From a virus (Duplodnaviria > Heunggongvirae > Uroviricota > Caudoviricetes): a DNA stretch of 62,431 nt. Under the pieces are notes generated by a model. The model had not been told where the DNA came from. It made no database searches and was given only the letters and a program-made list of their open reading frames with translations. The DNA lies in the IMG/VR virus record IMGVR_UViG_3300012933_000323, positions 1 through 62,431 of that record; one strand, written 5' to 3'. Of this stretch, positions 38,284 through 47,784 are shown piece after piece (position 1 is the first letter of the stretch; every line of letters starts with the position of its first letter). The position numbers and the translations under genes were made by a program.

Positions 38284-38604
38284 TTACTTCTTAGAACCAA
38301 TAATAGATTTGTAACGTAGCAGTGTAAAAACACCGTCGATGAACTCTAGATCAATGCCGTCAGTACTAGGCCATAGAAGAAAATCACCTTCTTTAATGTC
38401 CTCGATATCTGAACCGACTGCTACGACTGGACCGCTGGTTGGTCGAGTTAGCAATGTTGACTTTGGTTGGATTGCAAGGATTAAACCTGACTCCAATGTC
38501 TTCTCAGTTTGTTGTTTAATTTCTTCAGGTTTTACCAAAACGTATTCGTTCTTTGGTTGAAACTCTGAACTTAACAGGTTTACCTGTTGTGCGGCTTGTG
38601 ACAT
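38284..38604 (-). CDS. groES: co-chaperonin GroES/Cpn10 (gp31 analogue)
   Basis: PKNEYVLVKP...SGLIL...GPVVAVG...IKEGD...IIG. Confidence 0.9.
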   Translation of the reverse strand: MSQAAQQVNLLSSEFQPKNEYVLVKPEEIKQQTEKTLESGLILAIQPKSTLLTRPTSGPVVAVGSDIEDIKEGDFLLWPSTDGIDLEFIDGVFTLLRYKSIIGSKK

Positions 38605-38616
38605 ACTCTTTCCTTT

Positions 38617-38835
38617 TCAAATAAAGTGCTCAGGATATTTATCCTTTAATTTTTGAAGATTTAGTTCTTCTCTATCTAAGTTCTCTCTAATCGCAATTAA
38701 TGATTCCTCATTAAAATGTGGATAGTTCAAATTACGATTATATTTATCTATTGACTTACGGATGATATCAATTTTTGTTTGAACATCTTTCTGTTCTCTT
38801 TCAGCCGAACCGATTATGGTATTCTTCATGCTCAT
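38617..38835 (-). CDS. hypothetical protein ending LKDKYPEHFI
   Basis: 72-aa helical ORF; member of the shared C-terminal-motif set. Confidence 0.7.
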   Translation of the reverse strand: MSMKNTIIGSAEREQKDVQTKIDIIRKSIDKYNRNLNYPHFNEESLIAIRENLDREELNLQKLKDKYPEHFI

Positions 38836-38861
38836 CCCGCTTAATTAAAGAATGTGGCTTC

Positions 38862-39044
38862 TTATGTAAAGTCAATAATAGCTTGTTCTTCAGGTTTTGA
38901 CGCTGCTTCTTCCATTTCTTTAATGTATTTATAAAGCCGAACTTGGTGAGCAAACTGACGAGGATGATGTTCAAAATTAGCCAATGAATCACCATAGTGT
39001 TTCTGAAGCTCCTTATATTTCTTTTTAACTTCTGCATCCGTCAT
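38862..39044 (-). CDS. conserved T4-like hypothetical protein
   Basis: KKYKEL..HYG..LANFEHHPRQFAHQVRLYKY; start reassigned to MTDAE at 39044 (GGAG RBS). Confidence 0.65.
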   Translation of the reverse strand: MTDAEVKKKYKELQKHYGDSLANFEHHPRQFAHQVRLYKYIKEMEEAASKPEEQAIIDFT

Positions 39045-39045
39045 T

Positions 39046-39249
39046 TTATCTCCGTTCACTAATTACTGGGATAGGTACGTCTTCCCATTTGCTGTATTCG
39101 TAAGTACACTCATACACACTCCAATTCCAAAATTGCCACATTGGATATTTGTGTTTCGTATGCACTGTTACGGTTCTACTTTGTTGAACAATATCGCCAT
39201 AGCGTCTTGCTATCCGGTATTGTTTGTATTTTGTATATGCTTTGCTCAT
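39046..39249 (-). CDS. hypothetical protein
   Basis: 67-aa ORF, ATGA-coupled to the upstream gene. Confidence 0.6.
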   Translation of the reverse strand: MSKAYTKYKQYRIARRYGDIVQQSRTVTVHTKHKYPMWQFWNWSVYECTYEYSKWEDVPIPVISERR

Positions 39250-39533
39250 TCTGAATAGACCTTATTGAACTGTTCTTCATCCATAATTGAATTGTGTAAA
39301 GCCATAAAGCCGCAATCCATGCCACGTACATACATATCAGGACTAAAACCAAAGATGTCATAAAGTACATATCTATATGTTCCTTTTTGCTTAATTTCTC
39401 CATCTACAATTCGTGAAACTACCGCATGAAAGGCATTGCACTTATCATCGTACGATAAGGATTCCCAAAAATCATTGGCTTGTTTTTCTTGAAAAAGTCT
39501 GTTTTCCTCGAAAGCTTTTGCTAAGTCACTCAT
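39246..39533 (-). CDS. hypothetical protein
   Basis: 95-aa ORF coupled to both neighbours; GTYRYVLYDIFGF...GFMALHN. Confidence 0.65.
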   Translation of the reverse strand: MSDLAKAFEENRLFQEKQANDFWESLSYDDKCNAFHAVVSRIVDGEIKQKGTYRYVLYDIFGFSPDMYVRGMDCGFMALHNSIMDEEQFNKVYSE

Positions 39534-39775
39534 TGTTTTACCTTTTTAGCATTTGCTTCTAAAAGTTTAATAGCCTCAAAGAACTTTGGTACTTCATTAA
39601 AGTCAAATCTTAATGTACCACCAGGACCAAATTCATTCGGATCTTGAGTAATCTTAAAGAAGATTCCACCACCATCGTCGTCAAGTTCTATTGACGTAAC
39701 AGAATCGCCAAAAAGGGGACTGTCGTCCCCTCTATAAAGATTTACTTTTGTTGTTATGAATGAATATTTTGTCAT
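39530..39775 (-). CDS. hypothetical protein
   Basis: 81-aa ORF in a tightly packed run. Confidence 0.65.
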   Translation of the reverse strand: MTKYSFITTKVNLYRGDDSPLFGDSVTSIELDDDGGGIFFKITQDPNEFGPGGTLRFDFNEVPKFFEAIKLLEANAKKVKQ

Positions 39776-40162
39776 TTAAAAGCTGTAATCATAATGGTGA
39801 TCTCGGTGTCCGATCATCAAACCACCGTTTGTTTTCTTATAGCGACCAGTTTCAGAATCAACATACACCTTAATGAATCCTTTATCGGTAATACGAAAGG
39901 TTTGTTTTGAACCGTTTTCATCACGAGTATATTCATAAGACTGTGCGTCGCTCATACCGAGATTATCAGTACGAGTTGCGATGTCCTCTTGAACAGTTAC
40001 ATATTCAAATTTACCTTTTGTAAAAATATCTACTACAGTTGCAGCATGACGATCAGACCAGGAAAGCAAAGTTGCACCAGTTTCACCAATTTGGATATCC
40101 TTGATGGATGTATTCGACATGAAGTGGTTAACCAAAGAACCTGTTTGAGTACCGAGTTTCAT
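39776..40162 (-). CDS. conserved phage hypothetical protein
   Basis: GATLLSWSDRHAATV...GHRDHHYDYSF; directly after the promoter at 40191. Confidence 0.7.
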   Translation of the reverse strand: MKLGTQTGSLVNHFMSNTSIKDIQIGETGATLLSWSDRHAATVVDIFTKGKFEYVTVQEDIATRTDNLGMSDAQSYEYTRDENGSKQTFRITDKGFIKVYVDSETGRYKKTNGGLMIGHRDHHYDYSF

Positions 40163-40190
40163 AACTTACCTTTCGTTTGTTGATAGATAA

Positions 40191-40210
40191 ATTATAACAT
40201 AGAAATTTAA
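40191..40210 (-). promoter_or_regulatory. sigma70-type early/middle promoter TTAA-N10-TATAAT with extended -10 TG
   Basis: TTAAATTTCTATGTTATAAT; shares a 17-nt or longer block with the 41911 promoter. Confidence 0.65.
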
Positions 40211-40217
40211 TAAATTC

Positions 40218-40538
40218 TTAACTTCTACGCATTGTTGAGTAATTAACTGGGTTATCTCCACGACCTACAGGAACTAAATTGGATTTATGCATAGTAGCAA
40301 TACCAATCATATAGTCACCACTGTAAACTTTAGTTTCACGTTTGTGGCAATTACCACCGCCTGACATTAAACTTGGAAGTCTAGCAGTTGTACGATGTGT
40401 ACTTTTTTCTGGCTTGTACGCTTCAAAAGCTTTCTTCGCCTTTTTAGCAGGAGCGAACAATTTTGATAGTTCATTCTCCCGCTTTTGCTTTGCATGCTCA
40501 AGTTGACGTTGGGCCTTTTTCCAAGCTGGTGTACTCAT
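40218..40538 (-). CDS. conserved T4-like basic hypothetical protein
   Basis: YSGDYMIGIATMHKSNLVPV motif. Confidence 0.7.
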   Translation of the reverse strand: MSTPAWKKAQRQLEHAKQKRENELSKLFAPAKKAKKAFEAYKPEKSTHRTTARLPSLMSGGGNCHKRETKVYSGDYMIGIATMHKSNLVPVGRGDNPVNYSTMRRS

Positions 40539-40540
40539 GT

Positions 40541-41881
40541 TTATTCACCTAGTTCCATTGCCATTTCACGAAGCTTGAATACTTTTTCCAAAGTATCGGT
40601 TTCATCTTTATCATTACGAATCTCGATATAACGAGGGTGGCTCAATGCGTAGTAATCGTTGCCTTCAGCTTTTGTCAAATCATTGAACTGGACTGTCATA
40701 ATCTTGCGAAGCAATGATTCCTTATTGGCTGTGAAGTAATCCAATAGATCATCACTGAAACCAGATGTACGACCTTTGATTGTACCTTCGTCATTGGCGA
40801 ATTCAATGGCACCAATTTTACCTTCACGTTTAGTACCTTTAGTACCCTCGGTGAAACCAGTGATACGAACCTCAGCATCAATTTTTAGTTTTAGTTTCAA
40901 CTGTTGCTTTGATGTACCATCCTTGAATACAGCATTCAGGTCTTTAAGAATTGAGCCTTCATAACCTTGGTTCATCCATGTAGATGTTGCTTCCAACGCT
41001 TCTTTCAATGTATTAACATAAATAGCAGGAATGAGTTCAATGTTTTCATTACTATTATCGTTAAGAATTACGCCTAAAGTATTCCAACGTTTTGTGTACT
41101 TTGTATGACATTGGTTCTTCTTGTCCTTCAGACCAGCCTTGGTGTACTCTTCAAGAGTAATGTAATCCCATAATTGGATGATGATATCATCATGTGGTGG
41201 TTCATCAGAATTAATCATACCGTTGCCTTTAGCACGGTCAGCAACACCACGAACGGTTAGTTCACCAACATACACGCCATCAGGGTAATCTTTAAATGCT
41301 TCAAACAGGACAGGGTATTCATAATCCTCACCGCTACGTGATCGTGCTGAGACTTTACCGGAATCAACGGTAATTTCACGATAAGTACCGTCGGCTTTGA
41401 GTTGGACGATTGCAGGAAATGCGATATTCTTTGCAGTTTTTGAACTATACACATCGCAACGCATATAGACTGGTTTTGTAATCAAACCAGGAAATACTTT
41501 ATTGATCAATGTTTTGCCTGCGTTAATACGCAGATCACGATTAATGATTTTCTTAAGTACCGTATAGTCATCATCGCTTAGGTCAGCGAGAAGATCAGCA
41601 ACATACTGAAGTCCAGCATGACCAGTAATTTCACGTGTACAGATTTTTTCTTGCACTTTATCCAAAGCATACACAAGATTGCTTGAACCGGATTTATTAC
41701 CAGGGAACTTATCAATTTGTTCAATTGACATACCATAAGTAAACGCTACTTGATCGTAAGTCATCTTAAGGACACGCTGTAAAAACTTGTCATCTTGATA
41801 CTTTTTCAGTACAGCAATCTTATGGTTTGTTGAATTGCTTTCGTTCAATTCGTTCAAAATCTGATGAATCGTTACCGTCAT
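40541..41881 (-). CDS. gp30: ATP-dependent DNA ligase
   Basis: Motif I QLKADG, SRSG, GEL, EG.ILK, KLK; OB-fold C-terminus with HPRY. Confidence 0.92.
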   Translation of the reverse strand: MTVTIHQILNELNESNSTNHKIAVLKKYQDDKFLQRVLKMTYDQVAFTYGMSIEQIDKFPGNKSGSSNLVYALDKVQEKICTREITGHAGLQYVADLLADLSDDDYTVLKKIINRDLRINAGKTLINKVFPGLITKPVYMRCDVYSSKTAKNIAFPAIVQLKADGTYREITVDSGKVSARSRSGEDYEYPVLFEAFKDYPDGVYVGELTVRGVADRAKGNGMINSDEPPHDDIIIQLWDYITLEEYTKAGLKDKKNQCHTKYTKRWNTLGVILNDNSNENIELIPAIYVNTLKEALEATSTWMNQGYEGSILKDLNAVFKDGTSKQQLKLKLKIDAEVRITGFTEGTKGTKREGKIGAIEFANDEGTIKGRTSGFSDDLLDYFTANKESLLRKIMTVQFNDLTKAEGNDYYALSHPRYIEIRNDKDETDTLEKVFKLREMAMELGE

Positions 41882-41910
41882 TTTCTTTCCTTCAATTTGT
41901 CGATAGATAA

Positions 41911-41932
41911 ATTATAACACAGTTTTTGTTAA
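41911..41932 (-). promoter_or_regulatory. promoter TTAA-N12-TATAAT
   Basis: TTAACAAAAACTGTGTTATAAT upstream of the ligase gene. Confidence 0.7.
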
Positions 41933-42489
41933 ATTTTGACCACCACGTCGTGATCAACTAAAAAAGCCGCAGATGGAAAGTCAATCGTCTTAAAAGATTT
42001 AAGGTTTTCCATGTTGTCGTCATACATTTCAATACATTTCACATCAGGTCGTTTGGCAAGAATTTTTTGAACGACATGCTTTTTACGAGTATGTGAACGA
42101 CCATAGGCTTTGTACTTATCTCTGCCACATCTAGCAATGTGGATTTTATGGTCTAAATAGTGGCCAACCGGAATGCCAAGTTCGTTAAAGTAATGTGCAA
42201 TTGTTTCTTTGCAATCAAAGTTTCCTCTTGCGGTAAGCAAAAGAACCTCTGTACCGTTGCGGTACATATCTTTGAGCATGTTGATCATCGGGTAGTTTGG
42301 TACCGATGTTGAAGCAAACAATTCAGAATCTTCAAACTCGGTAAAGTCGTATGACTCACCAAGTTGAAGTTCGTAATCATTGTATTCCGAGTTGGTAAGT
42401 TTCTTGATCGCCTTACCATTTTTTACGATGTTGACCTTTGCTGTTGTGAACAACAAAGTATCATCGATGTCCATAAAAACCATCTTCAT
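41929..42489 (-). CDS. HAD-superfamily phosphatase
   Basis: DIDDTL motif I, LLTARG motif II, K, and MYDDNMENL motif IV. Confidence 0.8.
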   Translation of the reverse strand: MKMVFMDIDDTLLFTTAKVNIVKNGKAIKKLTNSEYNDYELQLGESYDFTEFEDSELFASTSVPNYPMINMLKDMYRNGTEVLLLTARGNFDCKETIAHYFNELGIPVGHYLDHKIHIARCGRDKYKAYGRSHTRKKHVVQKILAKRPDVKCIEMYDDNMENLKSFKTIDFPSAAFLVDHDVVVKI

Positions 42490-42517
42490 AATTGATCCTT
42501 TGATCTGTAGATAGTTG

Positions 42518-42538
42518 ATTATAACAAATTTTTATTAA
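42518..42538 (-). promoter_or_regulatory. promoter TTAA-N11-TATAAT
   Basis: TTAATAAAAATTTGTTATAAT upstream of the HAD gene. Confidence 0.6.
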
Positions 42539-42544
42539 AATTTA

Positions 42545-44077
42545 TTAGAACAACGCAAAGTCACGTTCATGAACAGGAAACTCTTCTGGATTATATGATG
42601 TATTTTTCCTGTGTTCGTACTGCTTGTAAAAAATACCACCAGGTTTACGAAATCCCATATCATCAACAAGATCAAAGACTGAAAAGATCGACTTAGACTC
42701 GTGTAGTCGCATTCCTCGCCCAATAGATTGAGTAACTGTCGTATATGCTTTAAGTGGCGAACTCAAAATCATGTTATGCAACTTCTTAATGTTAACGCCT
42801 GTACTTAGCAAAGCGTAGTTTGCGATAAGTGTAGCATCTGAATGTTCTTCAAGAATTTTTCGAGTTCGTTCACGAGTCTTGGCATCGTCTTCGCCGTTTA
42901 GAAAGTAAACACCGTACTGTTCTTGAAACTCAAAAGACTTCTTGCCTGTGATATCTTTGTTATCAACTTGCACATCGGGATGCAACTGTTTCATAACATC
43001 TAAGAAAAGTGCTTTACCGTGTTCTGTATGCTGAAACAACACGAGTGTGTTACCGCTTCCTCTCAACTTACATGTTAGATTAACGATGAACTCGTTTCGC
43101 TTCTCATGATCTTTAATAAACTTCAACTGTTTAGTATAGGCGCCATTTTGCGCTTTGCCTGTTGTTTTAGAAGCTTCCTTGAAAATGGCTTTATCATTAT
43201 CGTTATATTTGAATATGATTGAGTTAATCTTAATTGGTGTTGCCAACCCACGTTCAATCAATTGTCTACTGGTAATGTATGTTTTAGGTAAACCAAACAA
43301 TCCAAATAGTTCCATCTTCATGGTTGGGTCTTCAGGTAATGTGCCAGTGAATCCCCATTTGAACTTACAATTGATCGTACCTTTAACAATAGCAGCCGTT
43401 TCTTCAGAAGCAAAACGGTGCGCTTCATCGGTAATAACGTAATCTAGTTTGTTAAGATCATCATGCCAATTCTGCATTGATTGCCAAGTGCTGATTGTTA
43501 GTGAATTATTGAAATGCTTTTCAGATGAGCCACCGCCAATGATATGTGTATCATTGTACAACTCTGTTAAACTATAATCATTAATGTCATTCTTAAATTG
43601 TGTCAATAAGTTAATGTTAGGCACTAACAACAACCCACGCTTGCCTTGACGTCTAAAGAATTCAGCAATCAATGCGATGGTCATTGATTTACCGCTAGAT
43701 GTACACATCTTGTTGATCTGTTTTACATTTAAGATTGATTCTTTAAAAGCCCGCTCCTGATAATCGTAAGGTTCAAATGTTAACTGTTTCTTTACTTGAA
43801 CCAAGAATTCATTAACCTGTTCTTCAGAAAAGTCAGATGTAACAATTTCCTTTGGAACTCCGAAATTGGCCAACAATTGCAGGTGCCCATTCATTACTAA
43901 TAATTTTTGGTTCTGAACAGATGCAAAATAATCATAAGGTGATTTGAAGCCAGACTTTACCATTGGGTCAAACCATGCGCCAGGGCGTTCTACTTTTAGA
44001 AAGTCGTGTAGTGTTTGTAATGTTTTTAAGTCAGCATCAATAACTGAGTAGGATTCATTTAGTTTGTGTACGATCAT
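42545..44077 (-). CDS. uvsW: SF2 DNA helicase UvsW
   Basis: PYDYQ, TSSGKS, DEAH, GFTGT, STGVNIKKLHN, QSIGRGMR. Confidence 0.92.
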   Translation of the reverse strand: MIVHKLNESYSVIDADLKTLQTLHDFLKVERPGAWFDPMVKSGFKSPYDYFASVQNQKLLVMNGHLQLLANFGVPKEIVTSDFSEEQVNEFLVQVKKQLTFEPYDYQERAFKESILNVKQINKMCTSSGKSMTIALIAEFFRRQGKRGLLLVPNINLLTQFKNDINDYSLTELYNDTHIIGGGSSEKHFNNSLTISTWQSMQNWHDDLNKLDYVITDEAHRFASEETAAIVKGTINCKFKWGFTGTLPEDPTMKMELFGLFGLPKTYITSRQLIERGLATPIKINSIIFKYNDNDKAIFKEASKTTGKAQNGAYTKQLKFIKDHEKRNEFIVNLTCKLRGSGNTLVLFQHTEHGKALFLDVMKQLHPDVQVDNKDITGKKSFEFQEQYGVYFLNGEDDAKTRERTRKILEEHSDATLIANYALLSTGVNIKKLHNMILSSPLKAYTTVTQSIGRGMRLHESKSIFSVFDLVDDMGFRKPGGIFYKQYEHRKNTSYNPEEFPVHERDFALF

Positions 44078-44292
44078 ATAAATTTTTCTGGGAATGCTTC
44101 TTTTAATTCATTAATGGTGATGCCGAATTCTGATTCTAATAGATCTTCGCAAACACTCCTATTTACTCCGGTCATTGTCATGCCATTAACACGTTGATCG
44201 TTTGTTGGTCTGAACTCATAAACTACGTCGTATGAATGAACGCCACCGTACTCCTCACGCATATTATAGTTTACAGATTTAAGTAACATCAT
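44074..44292 (-). CDS. hypothetical protein ending LKEAFPEKFI
   Basis: 72-aa ORF, ATGA-coupled; member of the C-terminal-motif set. Confidence 0.7.
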   Translation of the reverse strand: MMLLKSVNYNMREEYGGVHSYDVVYEFRPTNDQRVNGMTMTGVNRSVCEDLLESEFGITINELKEAFPEKFI

Positions 44293-44558
44293 ATGAATTC
44301 TTCTGGGTAATGTTGTTTAAGAACATCAATAAGTACATCTTTTGTCATTGTAAGTTTACCATCACCACAATAAATTGTCATAACTTTAACAGTATATTCC
44401 GAACGCATTAGATGGTTATAGACAAACATTAGACAGCCAACCCAATCGGATGTATGCATGGAATATCCTTTGGGTGGAAATTGCTCATACATAGTAATTC
44501 CCAATACATCCCATTGGCATCCATCCATATCCCACTGCAAATGCCACTTATCTGACAT
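44289..44558 (-). CDS. hypothetical protein ending LKQHYPEEFI
   Basis: 89-aa ORF; member of the C-terminal-motif set. Confidence 0.7.
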   Translation of the reverse strand: MSDKWHLQWDMDGCQWDVLGITMYEQFPPKGYSMHTSDWVGCLMFVYNHLMRSEYTVKVMTIYCGDGKLTMTKDVLIDVLKQHYPEEFI

Positions 44559-47214
44559 AACCGTAATATTCTTTCACTTTTGGATCTACAACATAACCGC
44601 GATGTCCAACAACGCCAGGTTCGTTTTGCTTTGTTACTCTGAAACCACACTTATCTAGGATATACTTTAGATGCTTATCTTTATTAATATTCTTTGGTAG
44701 GTACTCATCAAAAATTTCTTTCTGACCATAAGCCAACAACACATTATAGAAATGAAGGTCATCGTTCTTACCTTTGATAACTGATTGAGACACGAGGTGC
44801 TTTACATCTGTATCATCCCAGATCTTCTTGGTGTAATTAAATGCCACCTTGTAATATCTTGATTTCTGAATGAAGGTACGATCCTGTAATGCGCACTCAA
44901 GAATTTTTGATTTCACTTGAGCATTTGCAGTATCTTTAATCTCATCATCAATTTCAGCAAGAATTCGCATCGTCTTATCAGCATCAGCATCCATTAATAG
45001 TGCTGTCTTTTCAATGTCATTCATTGTTAAGAATTGATCAACATTACTAATTAGAACATTTTGCTTGTCATCACGAATTTGTGTTTGGTATTTGTGTAAT
45101 ACATTACCAGTGAATGAACTATCAATGACACGAGGTTCTTTGATAAAGTGATACTTTAACAACCACATCATTGCTTCTTTATGATTGAATTCTAAGATGT
45201 TTTTGAATGTATCAATCTTGATAGCTTTCTTACCAATTTCTGATAGCTTAGCTTCGCCGTAGTCGTCAATTTCAAATAGATAGTTCTGTTCAATATTTCT
45301 ACCGATGTTACCCATGTATTCATCGCGAATATCATTATAACTTGTCTTTAGATAATTAATCTTATCTTTGATGAACATATGAATTTCTTTAGTCTTACGT
45401 GTACGCTTGACCATTTGAATAGAAGAGATAACATCTGTTGACATTGATGAATCATAGTGGAAATGATAGTTCACAATGTTCAGATTAGAAACACCAACCG
45501 TCAACGTAGGAGAATAAATTAGTACATCCCATTTATCATGATCGTCTTTTTCAAACAATTCATAAACTAATTTCTTTGTACTTTCTGGTGTTTCAGCTGT
45601 TAATGTAACAACCTTTAGCCCACGTTTAGACAATAGCATTTGCATTGAGTTAATAAAATTCAATGATGTAGCTGAAATCGTTACCTTGTGTTTTTCTGTA
45701 TGCACCAAGATGGATTGAACAAAGTAATTGAAGTCGTTATAACTATAGAGAGTTGTCGGATCTCGATAGATGTTATCAATCATGTGGATATTTTTTTCTT
45801 TATTTGACAGTAAGAAATTTTCATATCCTGTTAGGAATGCATCTGCAATAACAAGTTTCTTACTGAAACAACCGAAAAACTTTGCGATGTTAATAGAACT
45901 GTTGTTTAAGTTAGAACGGCTATGCATCATCAATGAAATGAATTCATCCATGATAACAATATCGAAGAACTTAATGTTGTATTTCCACAAAGAGTCGTAT
46001 TGGCAGATTAGAGAATCACCAATTTCGTACTTGTCTTGATTGTAAACTTTAATGCCGTACTTTTTACCAAAGTCTTGAGCAACAGATATGCGGTTGGTTA
46101 CAATAAGAACCTTCATATCCTGTTCATGGCATTCTTCAACAACATGGTTGATGATGGTACTTTTACCGGTTCCCATTGGTGACCGAATGCTTAGTAAACC
46201 GTTATTATGATTCAGGAAATCTTGGATCTTTTCATGAATCTCATCAGTTACTTCTAAGTACTTTTCGTTGAGTGTAATGACAGATGTATCTGTGTTGAAC
46301 TCTAAGAATTCTGAATCATAGTTGATCTCTTTCTTCATCAACTCTTTTGCAGCTGGTAACTTACGAACACTATCAAAGATGTTCAATGACTTGGTACTAT
46401 TACCATGGTGCATTGTGTAAGGTGCTGTGCTAAACCAGAAGAACCCACCTGGCGTCTTCTTTTCAGATGGATGCTTAAAAGAAATGCTACCGTTGGGATT
46501 ATTTTTGATGGCAACGAATCCCATTGATTGATATACTTTTAGACACAGTTTTTCCATTGTGTCCGCCTCAATATCTTGAAGCTCGGAGATGTTAATTTCT
46601 ACACCTTCACCGATGTACTCTTTCTTAATTTCATTGATGTGTTCAATGGCTGCCTTCTTTACGAATTTGAATCTGATGCCATCTTCGTTATTAAGGAATA
46701 CGTTATTCTTTAGGATTGGTGCGTTAAGACTGGCTTTACGAATTACTGATTCATCGATAACACACAACTCTTTTAGGTCATGATGAATAACAGAGATAGC
46801 CATCTTGGCGTCATCAAATGGGATACACTCTGAGAAGAGTAATCCTTTCATATTGAAATTTGAGATGCCGTCATAAGACTTAGACTCGCCAAGGATAACC
46901 TTGTAGTCTTTAAAATAGTCGAGGATTTTTTGTTTATCAAATTCAGACTTTACTTGGTCAATATCCAGGACGAAGTAATTAATACACTCATGGTAGTAAG
47001 GCTCTAAGTTAGCCTTGCGTCTGAACGTGCGTGTAGGCTTTTCCAACTTATCTAGTGGAATGTTCAAAATAAAATGTGAAACCATTACAGAATACATCTG
47101 TAGGTTGTTTTGTGCTTCGTAAGTCTCAAACACAAACGTGTTGTCATCATAAGGCGACAACGGCGTCTTAGATTGAGTCTTCTTAGCATGAAAAATAGTA
47201 ATCTTTTCCTGCAT
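44548..47214 (-). CDS. origin-binding-protein-like (herpes UL9-type) SF2 helicase with possible N-terminal primase-like domain
   Basis: IRSPMGTGKST, IVTNRIS, CQYDSL, VIMDEF, LIYSPTLTVGVS, IQMVKRTR; N-terminal FVLDID. Start reassigned to MQEKIT at 47214. Confidence 0.75.
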   Translation of the reverse strand: MQEKITIFHAKKTQSKTPLSPYDDNTFVFETYEAQNNLQMYSVMVSHFILNIPLDKLEKPTRTFRRKANLEPYYHECINYFVLDIDQVKSEFDKQKILDYFKDYKVILGESKSYDGISNFNMKGLLFSECIPFDDAKMAISVIHHDLKELCVIDESVIRKASLNAPILKNNVFLNNEDGIRFKFVKKAAIEHINEIKKEYIGEGVEINISELQDIEADTMEKLCLKVYQSMGFVAIKNNPNGSISFKHPSEKKTPGGFFWFSTAPYTMHHGNSTKSLNIFDSVRKLPAAKELMKKEINYDSEFLEFNTDTSVITLNEKYLEVTDEIHEKIQDFLNHNNGLLSIRSPMGTGKSTIINHVVEECHEQDMKVLIVTNRISVAQDFGKKYGIKVYNQDKYEIGDSLICQYDSLWKYNIKFFDIVIMDEFISLMMHSRSNLNNSSINIAKFFGCFSKKLVIADAFLTGYENFLLSNKEKNIHMIDNIYRDPTTLYSYNDFNYFVQSILVHTEKHKVTISATSLNFINSMQMLLSKRGLKVVTLTAETPESTKKLVYELFEKDDHDKWDVLIYSPTLTVGVSNLNIVNYHFHYDSSMSTDVISSIQMVKRTRKTKEIHMFIKDKINYLKTSYNDIRDEYMGNIGRNIEQNYLFEIDDYGEAKLSEIGKKAIKIDTFKNILEFNHKEAMMWLLKYHFIKEPRVIDSSFTGNVLHKYQTQIRDDKQNVLISNVDQFLTMNDIEKTALLMDADADKTMRILAEIDDEIKDTANAQVKSKILECALQDRTFIQKSRYYKVAFNYTKKIWDDTDVKHLVSQSVIKGKNDDLHFYNVLLAYGQKEIFDEYLPKNINKDKHLKYILDKCGFRVTKQNEPGVVGHRGYVVDPKVKEYYGYVR

Positions 47215-47242
47215 ATCCATCCTTACCATCAAATATCTATTT

Positions 47243-47264
47243 ATTATACCACACGAGGTGTTAA
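47243..47264 (-). promoter_or_regulatory. promoter TTAA-N12-TATAAT
   Basis: TTAACACCTCGTGTGGTATAAT, abutting the upstream terminator. Confidence 0.65.
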
Positions 47265-47288
47265 AAAAGGAGGCCGAAGCCTCCTTTT
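47263..47288 (-). terminator. intrinsic terminator with UUCG loop
   Basis: AAAAGGAGGC-TTCG-GCCTCC-TTTTTT on the minus strand. Confidence 0.9.
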
Positions 47289-47553
47289 ATTTTACGATGA
47301 AAACAGATTTATCTTTAATCTTTATCTGATAACCTGCTAAAGTTTTTTCAAGTTCAGCAGGATTGTATAGTTTTGCAAAATCAATCTGTGTACCAAACGA
47401 AGTTGGTGTCACAAGTCTAATTTTAAAACCTGCGCCACGTAGAACATCTGCGGCATCTTTAGCTTCAGTAATTACTGGTTGTGATTTAGTAATTTGCTTT
47501 GGCTCTTCTTTACTTTGAACATTGACGTTCTTTAATAGTTCAAGAAATGCCAT
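47287..47553 (-). CDS. hypothetical protein (possibly head-related)
   Basis: 88-aa ORF in the late-promoter operon with the capsid paralogue. Confidence 0.7.
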   Translation of the reverse strand: MAFLELLKNVNVQSKEEPKQITKSQPVITEAKDAADVLRGAGFKIRLVTPTSFGTQIDFAKLYNPAELEKTLAGYQIKIKDKSVFIVK

Positions 47554-47774
47554 TACTTCACCTCATTCACAATCTCAATCATAGCTAATGCTTGCTCAAC
47601 ATCTTTAACAGCCTTAACATCAATAGTTACAGATGAACGGGTACTAGTTTTAACTGTCTTATTTCCAACCAACAATAGAAAATCTACCATAGTTGAGTTA
47701 AGACCAGTGATCTTTAGTTCCTTCTTCTTCTTGAAGTAAACTGCTTTAATCTTTTTATCGCTGAACCCGAACAT
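47553..47774 (-). CDS. hypothetical protein
   Basis: 73-aa ORF coupled to the downstream gene. Confidence 0.7.
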   Translation of the reverse strand: MFGFSDKKIKAVYFKKKKELKITGLNSTMVDFLLLVGNKTVKTSTRSSVTIDVKAVKDVEQALAMIEIVNEVK

Positions 47775-47784
47775 ATGTTAATCC

